Origin: Malacoraja senta
Taxonomy: Eukaryota
Reading direction: 5' to 3'
DNA length: 64,000 nucleotides
Assembly: GCA_038087875.1 (NCBI GenBank)
Contig: CM075988.1
Span: forward strand, 17,796,001 to 17,860,000
Under the pieces are notes generated by a model. That model searched no databases. It saw only the letters and a list, made by a program, of their open reading frames with translations, and was not told the DNA's origin. Both the position numbers and the translations under genes were made by a program. Shown here piece by piece: positions 23,588 through 35,115 of the stretch (its first letter is position 1; each line of letters opens with the position of its first letter).

Positions 23588-24859
23588 ACGTCACCTACAG
23601 ATGCTGCCTGACCCGTTGAGTAGTCCAGCACTTTGTGCTTTGTTCTAGTGTGGGATTTCTTTTATCCAATTAACCCAGCAGAGAGAGACAAAAAGGATGG
23701 AGTAACTCAAGCGGGTCAGGCAGCATCTCTGGAGAAAAGGAATAGGCGATGATTCGGATTGAAATCTTCTGCAGACTGAGATTCAGGGGAGAGGGAAACT
23801 AGAGGTATGAAATGGTTCAGAACAAATCAGAGCTGGTTTGGCCATGAGACTGTGGAGGAGGTGTCCAACAATGATGTGACTTCACGGCATGAACTTCTTG
23901 GCCGGAGATGTGTAATTCCAGGGATCATCCAAGAGTAGTTAATAGTTTCTCAAGTCTGACCCTTGTAAACTTTCAGCAAGAATGCATCTGGTTAAAGATT
24001 AATCTGTCTTGTTGCACAGAACAAGGCATTGTGCTTCTGTTAATGATGTCTTGTGTAAAACTGTCCCAACACTCATTACAATAGAAGGCACCATAGTGTA
24101 TGTTTTATAAGGATGTTGCCAGGACTCGAGGGCCTGTGCTAAACAGGGGGGTGGGACAGGTTACGACTTTACTCCTTGGAGTGCAGGAGGCTGAGGATTA
24201 ATCTTATTGAGGTGTATAGGATCATGAGGGGAATAGAGAGGGTAAATGCACAATATGTTACCCCGGGTGTGGGAATGAAGGGGACATAGGTTTAAGGTGA
24301 GAGAGGAAAGATTTAATAGGAACCTGAGGGGCAACATTCACTTGAAGGGTGGGGGTATATGGAAGGAGCTGCCAGAGGAGGTGTTTGAGGCAGATACTAT
24401 AACAGCTTTTAAAAGACACATAGTTACATGGATAGGAAAAGTGTAGAGAGATTTGGGCCAAATGCTTGCATCTGTTATTTTTAAGCTCCACCCATACTGC
24501 GTCAGTGGACGAACCCTCCGTAGTGCTCTCCGAGTGCCGCCATGACAGTCTCCATGATCAGCAGCGCTTCTCCTGCACCTCGTTGCCCCCCCCCCCCCCC
24601 CCGATCACGTAAAAACCCTGGAACATTGAGCTGCGAGTCGCGTGGCCACAACATCATAGTCCCAAGCCTTGATCCAGGCTCGAAGTTCATCTGCTTTCCC
24701 CACAGTAGCCCTTCCATTGAACTAAACACACTTCAGCCCACATTCCTTCTCCTCTCCCTACCTGTCCTTCCTTTGAGTCTTACCGATCCTAACCTCTACC
24801 TTCCCATCACTCCTTCCAAGTTCTGACCTTCTACTCTGGTTCCCATCCCATTGCCTCTC

Positions 24860-25130
24860 TAGTTTAGTCAAGTCGTCAAGTGAAGTCACTTTTATTTCTG
24901 TAGCACATTTAAAAAACAACTCTCGTTGACCAAAGTGCTTTACATTGGTAGAGGTACTAATGTTATACAACATTGGTTCATAGATTAAGTACATACATTG
25001 ATACATACATATAGCCCTCCCTCAGAGGACGTCAAGAAAGGCTTGAGAGTAAAGATGAATTTTAAGTCTCGACTTAAAAGAGTCGATGGAGGGGGCAGTT
25101 CTGATGGGAAGAGCAATACTGTTCCACAGT
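24860..25130 (-). mobile_element. LINE (L2-like) 3' end
   Basis: (AAGTC)n-type tail followed by tttatttctgtagcacatttaaaa...aaagtgctttaca, a reversed L2-type terminus. Confidence 0.55.
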
Positions 25131-25774
25131 CCACAGTCCACAGTTTAAATGCCCCTGAGTAACATTTCGAAAAACAACTCCCACTTGCAGAGTTTTGAAC
25201 AGAAGAAAAACATTGGATAATTCACAGCAGTGTGGCACAAATTACAACCACACTCTCTGTTGCTCTAATACTATATTCTGCACTCTGCTTAATTTATATA
25301 TGAGCAATTCTCTTCATTTTTAAAGCATACAAATTAAAGAAATGTTTAAAATGTTGTCAAGCTGGAAAGGGAAGAGAAGATTTACAAGGATGATGCCAGG
25401 ACTAGAGGGTCTGAGCTATACGGAGAGTAGGCTGGGACTCTATTCCTTGGAGCCCAGGAAGATACGATACAATACGATACGATACGATAGAACTTTATTC
25501 ATCCCCAGAGGGCCTGAGGGGAGATCTTATAGAAATATATAAGATTACTAGACTAAGTGGGACCCGTTGGGTCCCATGTTCACACGGGAGGGCTGGTCCC
25601 CCAATGCAATATTCCACCTTTCCACCAATTCCAATATTGGTGGCCAGTGGGGGGGCTTTCTGGAGCGCTGGTATGGGTTCTTGGGGTGGCAGCTCAGTCC
25701 CTCAAGCCTGATGTGCTGGCAGCTCACTCACGACTGGTGGGCTGGCAGTTGACTCATGGCTATTTCTTGAAATT

Positions 25775-26130
25775 CCATTTCAAGCAGGGGGCAAGGCCAC
25801 CAAATTCAAATCCATTTTCCTACCATTTCAAGCAGGGTGCAAGGCCACCAAATTCAAGTGCAGTTTCTTACCACTTCGAGATGTGTGCAAGGCCACCAAA
25901 TTCATGCACTTTCCTACCACTTCAAGCAGGGTGCAAGGCCACCGAATTCAAGTGCAGTTTCATACCACTTCAAGCAGGGTGCAAGGCCACCAAAATCAAG
26001 TGCAGTTTCATACCATTTCAAGCAGTGTGCAAGGCCACCAAATTCAAATGCAGCATCATACCATTTCATGCAGGGTGCAACGCCACCACATTCAAATGCA
26101 GTTTCATACCATTTCAAGCAGGGTGAAACC
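25775..26130. repeat. 48-bp tandem repeat, about 7.5 copies, inside the Helitron
   Basis: Unit TTCAAGCAGGGTGCAAGGCCACCAAATTCAAGTGCAGTTTCATACCAY, e.g. starting at 25921 and 25969. Confidence 0.95.
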
Positions 26131-26155
26131 ACCATAAAACCACACAAAACACCAA

Positions 26156-26280
26156 ACTCACAGTTCAGTAGACATTCAGTGTGTTCAGTTGATTCACAGC
26201 TCAGACAGTCGTGACCTCTCCCTCCCCATCATGCAGAGACTGAGCCACACCCACACTTTCAGGTTTTATAACCCCTCCCC
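26156..26280 (-). promoter_or_regulatory. Putative Pol II core promoter, first exon and donor inside the Helitron (downstream copy)
   Basis: Minus strand: TATAAAA starting at 26270, initiator TCAGTCT with A at 26241 (29 nt from the TATA) and donor GTGAGT at 26161-26156. Confidence 0.45.
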
Positions 26281-26496
26281 CACCCACCGGAAATGATGTG
26301 GACTTCATGGCGTGATTGACAGGAGAGAGATTCTCAACACTTTTTAAACACCAATAACACTTTTAGTTTTCATTGATGGGAAGAATCCTCTGCACCTGCT
26401 GAGCAGAGGGAGACGGAGTAAGATGGCCTAAAATCTCAGTCATAAGTGGTAGCTTTTTTATCTAAAATCAATATACAGTGCAAACAGGAAGTTACC

Positions 26497-26640
26497 CAAA
26501 GCACCCAAACCACCATTTGCAGTAGTGCCTTTTAACTTCAAGCCAAAGCACCCAAACCACCATTTGCAGTAGTGCCTTTTAACTTCAACCCAAACCCCCC
26601 AAACAACCATTTGCAGACAGTGCCTTTTCACTTCAAACCA
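26497..26640. repeat. ~47-bp tandem repeat, 3 copies, inside the Helitron
   Basis: Unit CAAAGCACCCAAACCACCATTTGCAGTAGTGCCTTTTAACTTCAAGC. Confidence 0.9.
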
Positions 26641-26673
26641 ACCATATTTTCATTTTCAAACCACATTAAGGAC

Positions 26674-26790
26674 ACTCACAGTTGAGTAGACATGTGTTCA
26701 GTGTTATTCAGAGCTCAGAGAGACGTGACCTCTTCCTCCATCTTGCAGAGACTGAGTGAGGCACACCACTTCCTGGTTTTATAGCCCCTC
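26674..26790 (-). promoter_or_regulatory. Putative Pol II core promoter, first exon and donor inside the Helitron (upstream copy)
   Basis: Minus strand: TATAAAA starting at 26783, CAGGAAGTG, initiator TCAGTCT with A at 26753 (30 nt from the TATA), AAGATGG and donor GTGAGT at 26679-26674. Confidence 0.5.
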
Positions 26791-27775
26791 CCCCTCCCTC
26801 CAGCAGGGGCAGCAGAGAGAATGGCAAATTATTTAAAAACATTAATATCTCTCTTTCATCGATGGGAAAAATCCTCTGGTCCAGGAAGGCGGAGAGGGGC
26901 TCTGAGCGAGGTGGCCAAAAATGACGGCCTTAGGTGGTGGCGTTCTCTCGGAAATCACACCACAGCGAGCCAAAAGCGGTCAAGATCAGACTTTTAGTAA
27001 TATAGATGAGAGGAATAGATCGGGTAGATGCACAGTCTCTTGTCCAGAGTAGGTGTATCGAGGACCAGAGTACATAGGTTTAAGGTGAAGGGGAAAAGAT
27101 TTAATAGGAATCTGAGGGATAACTTTTTCACACAAAGGATGGTGGGTGTATGGAACAATCTGCCAGAGGAGGTAGTTGAGGCAGCGACGATCCCAACATT
27201 TAAGAAGCAGTCAGACAGGTACATGGATAGGACACGCTCAGAGTGATATAGACAAAATGCTGGCAGATGGGACTAGTGTCGCTGGGACATGTTGGCCATT
27301 GTGGGAAAGTTGGGCCGAAGGGCCTGTTTCCATGCTGTATCACTCTATAACTCTATGACTCTAGTGAAAGGGCGATCAGTGTTGTAGTCTGATGTTGCCG
27401 TGTTGGGCCTGCTCTGGCCTGGGTCTGTCCTGCCTTGTTAATCCACCTGATGCATGTGTGAGTTCACTGATGAAAGTGCTGGTGTATGCACCATTATGTT
27501 TACGGATCCCACCAGGGAGAGGATTCCTTTGGAAGATTGCTGTGAGATCTTGGTGGCAGCGCGGATGATGTGATTGGTTCAGTGGCAGGAGTGGTGGCCA
27601 GGTTCCTGTTGATGTGGTGCTCTGGGGTTTTAGAGTCACAAGGAACTGCAGATGCTGGTTTACCAAAAAAAAGACATAAAGTGCTGGAGTAACTCAGCGG
27701 GTCAGGCAGCATCTCTGGAGAACATGGGTAGATGATGTTTTGGGTCGGGACCCTTAAGACTGAAGTGATTGAATA

Positions 27776-28089
27776 GGGCCGCTCAGTGGCGTAGCGGTAG
27801 AGCTACTCTCTTACAGCACCAGAGACCCGGGTTCGATCCCGACAACGGGTGCTGTCTGTACAGAGTTTCTACGTTCTCCCTGTAACCGCATGGGTTTTCT
27901 CCGAGATTTTCGGTTTCCTCCCACACTCCAAAGATGTACAGGTTTGTAGGTTAATTGGCTAAAGTATAGAAATAATGTAAAAATTGTCCCTTGTGTGTAG
28001 GATAAGTGTTAATGTGCGGGGATCGCTGGTCAGTGCGGACTCGGTGGGCCGAAAGGGCCTGTTTCCGCGCTGTATCTCTAAAACTAAAA
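27776..28089 (+). mobile_element. HE1-like V-SINE, full length
   Basis: A and B boxes, V-domain and CR1-like tail. Confidence 0.9.
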
Positions 28090-31000
28090 GCTTAAAAAAA
28101 ATAACACGTCACCTACCCATGTTCTCCAGAGATAATGAAATAATGCAGTAATATGTGCTGAGTGTGAAGCCCGGTGAACCTAGTGAAATGCAGCAGTATT
28201 GTAGTGTGGAAATGGCTGCCCTTCCCACAAACCTGGACAAGCCCATCACTCCTCAACACTCAACATCCACTTTGACCATTGACCCAATTCATCCATGCCG
28301 CCAAGTTGCCTAACCGAGCTAGTCCCACTGGCCTGTCCCTGCTCTGTGTCCCTCCAAACCTTTCCAATCCAGTACCTCTCAAAATGTGGTGTTTGTACCT
28401 CTCTCTGCCACCTCCTCCGGCAGCTCATTCCGTGTACCCACACAGCCTCTGTGTGGAAAAAGTTGCCACTCAGGTCAGGTCTCCTTTAAATCTTTCTTCT
28501 CACCTTAAAGCCATGCCCCCCCCCCCCCCCCCAGTTTTAGAATCCCTAACCGTGGCTATTCAGTTTATCAAAGCCACTTATGATTTGACATCTCTATGAT
28601 GTCGCTCCTCAACCACATTTCTGACAAAGCAGCATTCCCCCAGTTAGCACTGCACCACGTACAACCATTTTACAGGGAGGTCTGGGGCAACTAACTGGGG
28701 AGCAGTGGTCACAAACATGTTCAGAGCACAGCTTGTTGGAGAGGAATGTGAAGCCGTCAGTTAGAGATCTCTGAGTCTTGCAGGTTGTATGTGTCAACAC
28801 TTCAGGAAAAGAGGGTGAAAAGTTGCAAAATAAAATATTTCCAGTCAATGCCAAGCAAAGGCAATCCCTTTGTCTGCTAAATGCCGTGACTGACATGGGA
28901 ACGAATAGGACTGGATTGATTACGTAATTTTAATCCTAAAAATGTGATTTTTTTTTTTCAGACAAGACAAGAATCTATCATGTGTTTCATGAACCTCATG
29001 ATAGGCTGGAGTGGAAGAGAATTGAATTGTGTGGCTCTGATGGGAAGTCTGTCTGTTAATGGGATACAATGGGTTTCCCGGAGAGTTTGCTGCCCTGGCT
29101 GCTGTGGTGAATCAGTGTCAATTAAAAGATAGTGGAGGAACAGAATGAAGTGTGAGCAGGGGTCTGGTCCAGTGGGAACTTGCCTTTATTACACTGTGTG
29201 GCCATGACGCACATCAAATCTCTGAGTCTGCACAGTTATTGAGCCAGTAAAAGACTTAATGGGAAAATCAGCTTCCCTGCGTCCAAGCGATCCAAGGTCA
29301 AAACTGAAAGTGTTGCTTAGCCATACAGGACTATTGCGCACTCTTAATAGGTTGCTGGCTGCAGTCTATTTCTCTTCACCTAAAATTGTATCCGAATTTA
29401 GGGGCGAGATTTAATATAATGCTCCTTCCTCAGTCACTGGTGAATGAAGGAGAATTATAATATGTGTACACAGTATTGATTAGATCTGATTAGATTAGAT
29501 AAAATTTGAAGTCCGAAACGTCACCCATTCCTTCTCCCCAGAGATGCTGCCTGTCCCGCTGAGTTACTCCAGCATTTTGTGTCTATCCTCGATTTAAACC
29601 AGCATCTGCAGTTCTGTTTTATACTGATTAGATCACGTTCCTTCCCCCTAACGTACTGTAGCTCCCTGCTGCCCTGTCGGTATTGATATTATCCCTGCAA
29701 TGTCACGCACCAGATAAAGGGTTGTGTCCTTGTGTCACTTTGCCATGTCGGAGGATCTGTTTGAAGTAATCAGTCAACGAATCCAACATCAATCTTTGAT
29801 TAAAACACTGACACATTGTGCGAATCACATCTATAAATTATAATATTTTTATGCCATATTTCCTTTAGTTTAGAAGTGGGACAATTATTATATTTTTGAA
29901 CAACAGCTGACGTCATTGGATCATGAGTGTGAATGGAATTTTTAGGGATTCTACATCTGATTGGCAACCATTTCTCACCGCACTTCTCCAACAAGGCTGT
30001 TAACTCTTGGATTACTTAAAACATGCAGTTAAATATGTTTCACCAATAAAAACTGAACGTTGTACCAAACTATCATTCTATGACGTGGCTGGCCCATTGG
30101 CTCTGACCTACTGGGCTCATGGAGCCATGGAGAGAATGGGCTGCAAGGTGGGACCTCCATGCTCTGATCATGTTGAGGAGAAGAACTCGCTCTGTAAATT
30201 AACCCAAGGGACAGGCTCAGTCTGAAGCAGGGTCTCGGCCCAAAATGTTGCCTTCTCTCCAGAGATGCTGCCTGTCGTGCTGAGTCTATCTTTGGTGTAA
30301 ACCAGCATTTGCAGTTCCTTCCTTCAACAAGGGACAGGCTTGCCTGGGGAACATGCAGGCTGAAATGAAAAAACATAAAATTGCTCTAGTCATTCCATTC
30401 AGTTTTATTCATTCATCATGGTGGCATCTCCAGCAAGGCCAACATTGATTTCCCTTCCTGAAGTGTGCTTGAAGAGAAGGTTGCTATTGACTAGTGCAAC
30501 CCATCTGAGAAGCACACTCCTCCAGGGTGGTGTTGATGAGAATTTATGGATTTATATCCCATGAATACCAAGCGACATAGATATATTTGCAATTTGTGAT
30601 GGTGTGTGACAAAACTGTCTCAGGTAGACAAAAATGCTGGAGAAACTCAGCAGGTGAGGCAGCATCTATGGAGAGAAGGAATAGGCGATGTTTCGGGTCT
30701 CGACCGGACAGGAATGGTGGATACAGATCTTGCAGGCAGAGGAGATTGGTTTAGATTAGCATCACCGTCAACAAAGACGTGGAAGGCCAATGGACCCGTT
30801 CATTTTATGTAAATGGATACAACATTTTTTTAAACTTTCACCTTGGCCAAACCAGTGATTGCAATTTAGCTGATTATCCGAAAGGTTGGACGGGCTTGGA
30901 TTTGGAGCATCAGAGGTTGGGAGACACGATGGAAGTGTACACAAGAGGCACAGATAAGGTAGACAATCACACCTTTTTCCCACGGTGGAAACATCCAACA

Positions 31001-31833
31001 CTAGAGGGCAAGGATATATGGTGAGAAGGGGGAAGTTTAATGGAGATGTGTGGGGCGAGTGATGGGGGTAGATACCATAATAGTGTTTGAGGGACCTTTA
31101 GATGGGCACGTGGATATGCAGAGAATGGACACATATGGATCATGTGCAGGCAGACGAGAATAGTTTATTTTGCAATTATGTTCGGCCCAGATACGGCGTG
31201 CCGAAGGGCCTGTTTCTGTGCTGTATTGTTCTATGTTCTTTGATATTTGCCCCCACGGAGGAAACCTTCCTATAGAGAATTAAAAAAAACACAAATTGTG
31301 TAGGAAGGAACTGCAGGTGCTGGTTTAAACCGAAGATAGACACAAAAAGCTGGAGTAACTCAGCGGCACAATTGTTTTGATGTCAATGAATAGAGTCCTT
31401 AGATGCTGGAATCAGTGTTCTTTGAGCTTGTGAAATGAACCTTAAAGATAGGCAGAGTCATCAGCTTGGGGACTGGGAGGGATGTGAAAGGGTCAGTTGT
31501 TGGTGCCAGTGTGTTGGCTGACGTTCTTTGGCCTGCCCGGGGCCGTTTGGTGGACGTCACCAAGCCAACTGTGCCGTCCCATCTCCGTGCAGCCCAGCTG
31601 TGTGTACGCGCCTCTCCTTGTGCCCCTTATCTTTGTTCCCAATCGGTCACAGAGAGCGAACATCGACAACACCTCCCGGCTTTTCAATAATATTCCACCT
31701 TCTACCTTTTCATTTCCCTAAAAAGCCTTTGTGCGTCAGAGTTGTGTGGATTGGCAGAAACGACTGCTGCCTTCTGTGGACCGAGCCATCCCCAGGAGGA
31801 GGGCAGCAGCAGCAGCAGCAAATCGCTGCCAGC

Positions 31834-31890
31834 GTTGAATTTAAACATACAGTCAGTCTGTGTTGAATTTAAACATACAGTCAGTCTGTG
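31834..31890. repeat. Perfect 28-bp tandem duplication
   Basis: GTTGAATTTAAACATACAGTCAGTCTGT twice. Confidence 0.95.
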
Positions 31891-32866
31891 ACACTGCCTC
31901 CAGCCAGCGAGGTAGTCAGCACCAGCAGGAAAAGGCAGTGTTTGTTTAAAAAAAAACCAACCTCTCCTTCTTTCTGAATGAGTCTGAAGAAGGGTCCCGA
32001 CCCGAAACATCACCTGTCCATATTTTCCAGAGATGCTGCCCGACCAGCTGAGTTACTCCAACACTTTGTCTCCATCAACAAGCATCTTCGGTTCTGTGAT
32101 TCAACAAGGTTTCTTTACCAACTATCTGCGTGTGTGGATTCATCTGTTCATATCAGGAACTTCAAGAAATGCCCACATTGGAAATGACACGGGCCCAATG
32201 TCAGGTTGTCGCACACAAGAGGTTGTTCCCCTTCATTCCTCTCCCAACTACTGAACACCTTGTGCAGGAAGGAACTGCAGATGCTGCTTTACATCGGAGA
32301 TAAACACAAAATGCTGGAGTAACGAGTCATGCAGCAACTCTGGAGAAAAGGAATAGGTGACGTTTTGTGTCATGAAGAAGGGTCTTGAGTCGATACATCA
32401 CCTATTCCTTTTCTTCAGAGATGCCGGCATGCTTTGTAGTGCTGTAGGTGGCTGCTATTTATATATATTGTGTATGCAAGCAAAGAATCTCACTGCTTAA
32501 TCACATGTGTCAATAAAATATTCCTATTCCTATGTGCAGATATATGTGATGGTCTTGGCATCATGTTAGGCACAGACGTTGTGGGCTGGGGGCTGTTCTT
32601 GTACCGTACTGTGCTATGTTCTCAGGGAGGGTCTTTTGACAATCCCTGTATAACTTGCACACTGAAACCTATGAGTTGGGGGCCACCATTCCGCCAACTT
32701 TGGTGTCATCTCGCAACTGCATTCTCAACGAAATCGTGACTGTAGTCAACAAACAATATTGGCACCTGGTCACAGGACCCCAAACTTAACAATAAGCCTT
32801 TGATGTTCCAGTCAGCATTCTCTAACATCTCCATTCCACATGAGAACATTTGTTCCTCTCACAGAC

Positions 32867-33057
32867 GGCCTGAGCTTCGGGCCTGAGCTTCGGGCCTGAG
32901 CTTTGGGCCTGTGCTTTGGGCTGAGCTTTAGGCCTGTGCTTTGGGCCTGAGCTTTGGGCCTGAGCTTTGAGCCTGAGCTTTGGGCCTGTGCTTTGGGCCT
33001 GAGCTTCGGGCCTGAACTTCGAGCCTGAGCTTTGGGCCTGAGCTTTGGGCCTGAGCT
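32867..33057. repeat. 13-bp minisatellite, about 15 copies
   Basis: Unit GGCCTGAGCTTYG, with GTGCT and GAACT variants. Confidence 0.95.
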
Positions 33058-33689
33058 CAGTGGAAGTTCAGTGACTGAATATGTTCAGACTTGAAAGAGT
33101 GAAATAATTTATTTATTTTGAACTGAGTGAGAAGGATCTGAAGAAGGGTCTCGACCCGAAACATCACCTATTCCTTTTTTTCCCAGAGATGCTGCCTGAT
33201 CTGCTGAGTTACTCCAGCATTTTATGTCTATCTTTTGAGAATTGAGGGGCGTGAGGATGGAGTTGGGATGCAGGGCTCGAGGGGCTGAGTGGACTGAGCT
33301 CACGCTGACATCTACACAATTACTGCTGTAGATCCTTCTCGCTCTGGAAACCATGGCGGCTCTGAGCATTTCCATTGCCCACACGATGATCCCCGGGGGA
33401 AGGTGACTGGAGTGTTTGCTTTGAATTCAAGGTACACTTTGTGGTCAACCTCCAGCCCTTAGGGAAAGCTTCAGAAATAGTGAACCAATTTAATCTGAGA
33501 CGTTTAATCAGCACTGGGACACATTTCATCGCTGTCTGGGCTGGGTTCCAACAGCGCTAACAGACTGGTGGGGAGAAGCCGCAGCACAATAATGCAATGA
33601 TTAGCATCGTACAATGTTCCCTCAAACCTTCCCCACAGAATTTCTGCAAATGGCTTCTGTGTTCTGCACTGGTTGGCCACGCTCCACTC

Positions 33690-34220
33690 AACTGTTATTA
33701 TCAGGCACCTGAACCATCCTACCACAACCAGAGAGCCGTCCTGAACTACCACCTACCTCATTGGTGACCCTCAGACTCTCCTTGCTCGGACATTACTGGC
33801 TTTACCTTGCACTAAACATTACCACCCAGGGACGCATAAGGTTCATCTGTCTGTGGAATTCTCTGCATCAGAGGGCGGTGGAGGCAGGTTCTCTGGATGC
33901 TTTCAAGAGAGAGCTAGATAGGGCTCTTAAAAATAGCGGAGTCAGGGGATATAGGGAAAAGACAGGAACGGGGTACTGATTGGGGATGATCAGCCATGAT
34001 CACATTGAATGGCGGCGCTGGCTCGAAGGGCCGAATGGCCTACTCCTGCACCTATTGTCTATTGTCTATAAACGTTATTCCCTTTATCATGTATCTATAC
34101 ACGGCAGATGGATCGATTGTAATCATGTGTTGTCTTTCCGCTGACTGGCCAGTACGCAACAAATGCTTTTCACTGTACCTCGATACACGTGACAATAAAC
34201 TAAACTCAAACTAACTAAAA
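33690..34220 (+). mobile_element. Rex1/Babar-type LINE 3' UTR with a nested CR1 3' end (about 33821-34067)
   Basis: The host matches the uninterrupted copy at about 34840-35115. The insert ends in (tattgtc)n and is bounded by TAAACATT and TAAACGTT, a likely target site duplication. Confidence 0.75.
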
Positions 34221-34839
34221 CTGTTGATGAACTCACCAGTTCATTACACAGTAGCCGCCGCCTGGCTGCAGTGATGATCAGCACCAGCTCCCAGCTCCCT
34301 GGGCAGTGTCACAAGGGACCATCACAACCCACCTCGAGACACCTACCTCTCTGCCGTTTTAGCCCCATCCCTTGGTCACAATATCAATGAATACAAAGTC
34401 CTGGCTCATCCCCAACTCACACAGAGCAAGAGGATACAATGTTTTCATCTGCTCTGCCTAAAGAAAGGCAGATTGTTTTCATACAAGAGTCTGTCAATTC
34501 CCAGATGCACAAACCTCGAAGTCAGATTGACTCTCTCTCCCATCTGCTGTCTCTCGCTCTGTCTGTGTGAATTATATTCAGCCGCTTTGTGCACGAGGCA
34601 AAGGTTCTCCTCTATAGTTTGCCTCCAAAGCCCACTGTATTGGACACATTTATTATTCATTGTAAGTCCACAGTCTCCTGGCTGGAGGTAACTGGCAAAA
34701 GGTGTAGAAGTGTGAAAACGCACAACTCCAGATTCAGAAGGTAGACAAAAAAATGCTGGAGAAACTCAGCGGGTGAGGCAGCATCTATGGAGCGAAGGAA
34801 TAGGTGACGTTTCGGGTCAAGACCCTTCTTCAGACTGAT

Positions 34840-35115
34840 TCAGGGCCAGTTTCTTCCCAGCTGTTATCAGGCAACTGAATCATCCTACCATAACCAGAGT
34901 GCAGTGCTGAACTACTATCTACCTCATTGGTGACCCTCGGACTTTCCTTGATCGGACTTTACTGGCTTTACCTTGCACTAAGCATTATTGCTTTATCATG
35001 TATCTATACACTGTAAATGGCTCGACTGTAATCATGTGTTGTCTTTCCGCTGACTGGATAGCACGCAACAAAAGCCTTTCACTGTACCTCAGTACACGTG
35101 ACAATAAACTAAACT
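34840..35115 (+). mobile_element. LINE 3' end (Rex1/Babar-like); further copies at about 54100, 55190 and 56845
   Basis: Shared ctgttatcaggcaactgaa...ctacctcattgg...cactgtacctc...gtgacaataaactaaact. Confidence 0.7.

Larger units (their letters stand above)
25548..27006 (-). mobile_element. Non-autonomous Helitron, 1459 bp, both termini intact
   Basis: The minus strand begins 5'-TCTATATTACTAAAAG and ends CTAG-3' (25548-25551). Subterminal hairpin TGGGACCC-GTT-GGGTCCCA at 25558-25576. Inserted between host A and T with no target site duplication. Confidence 0.92.
25360..27362 (+). mobile_element. CR1/HER1-like LINE 3' end split by a Helitron (LINE parts 25360-25547 and 27007-27362)
   Basis: Removing 25548-27006 restores ...gaaatatataagattA|Tgagaggaatagatcgggtagatgcacag..., which is contiguous in other copies (e.g. 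about 24220, 50000). Confidence 0.9.

Noticed and set aside
25557..26214. Repetitive ORFs (YHFKQGARPPNS...) and a CRISPR-like appearance
   Set aside because: They are a by-product of a 48-bp tandem unit divisible by 3. There are no unique spacers, no cas genes, and the context is eukaryotic.
31800..31822. polyQ-like GGGQQQQQQ as a coding exon
   Set aside because: No recognisable protein context or convincing splice sites, and it is on the wrong strand for a convergent SIK2.
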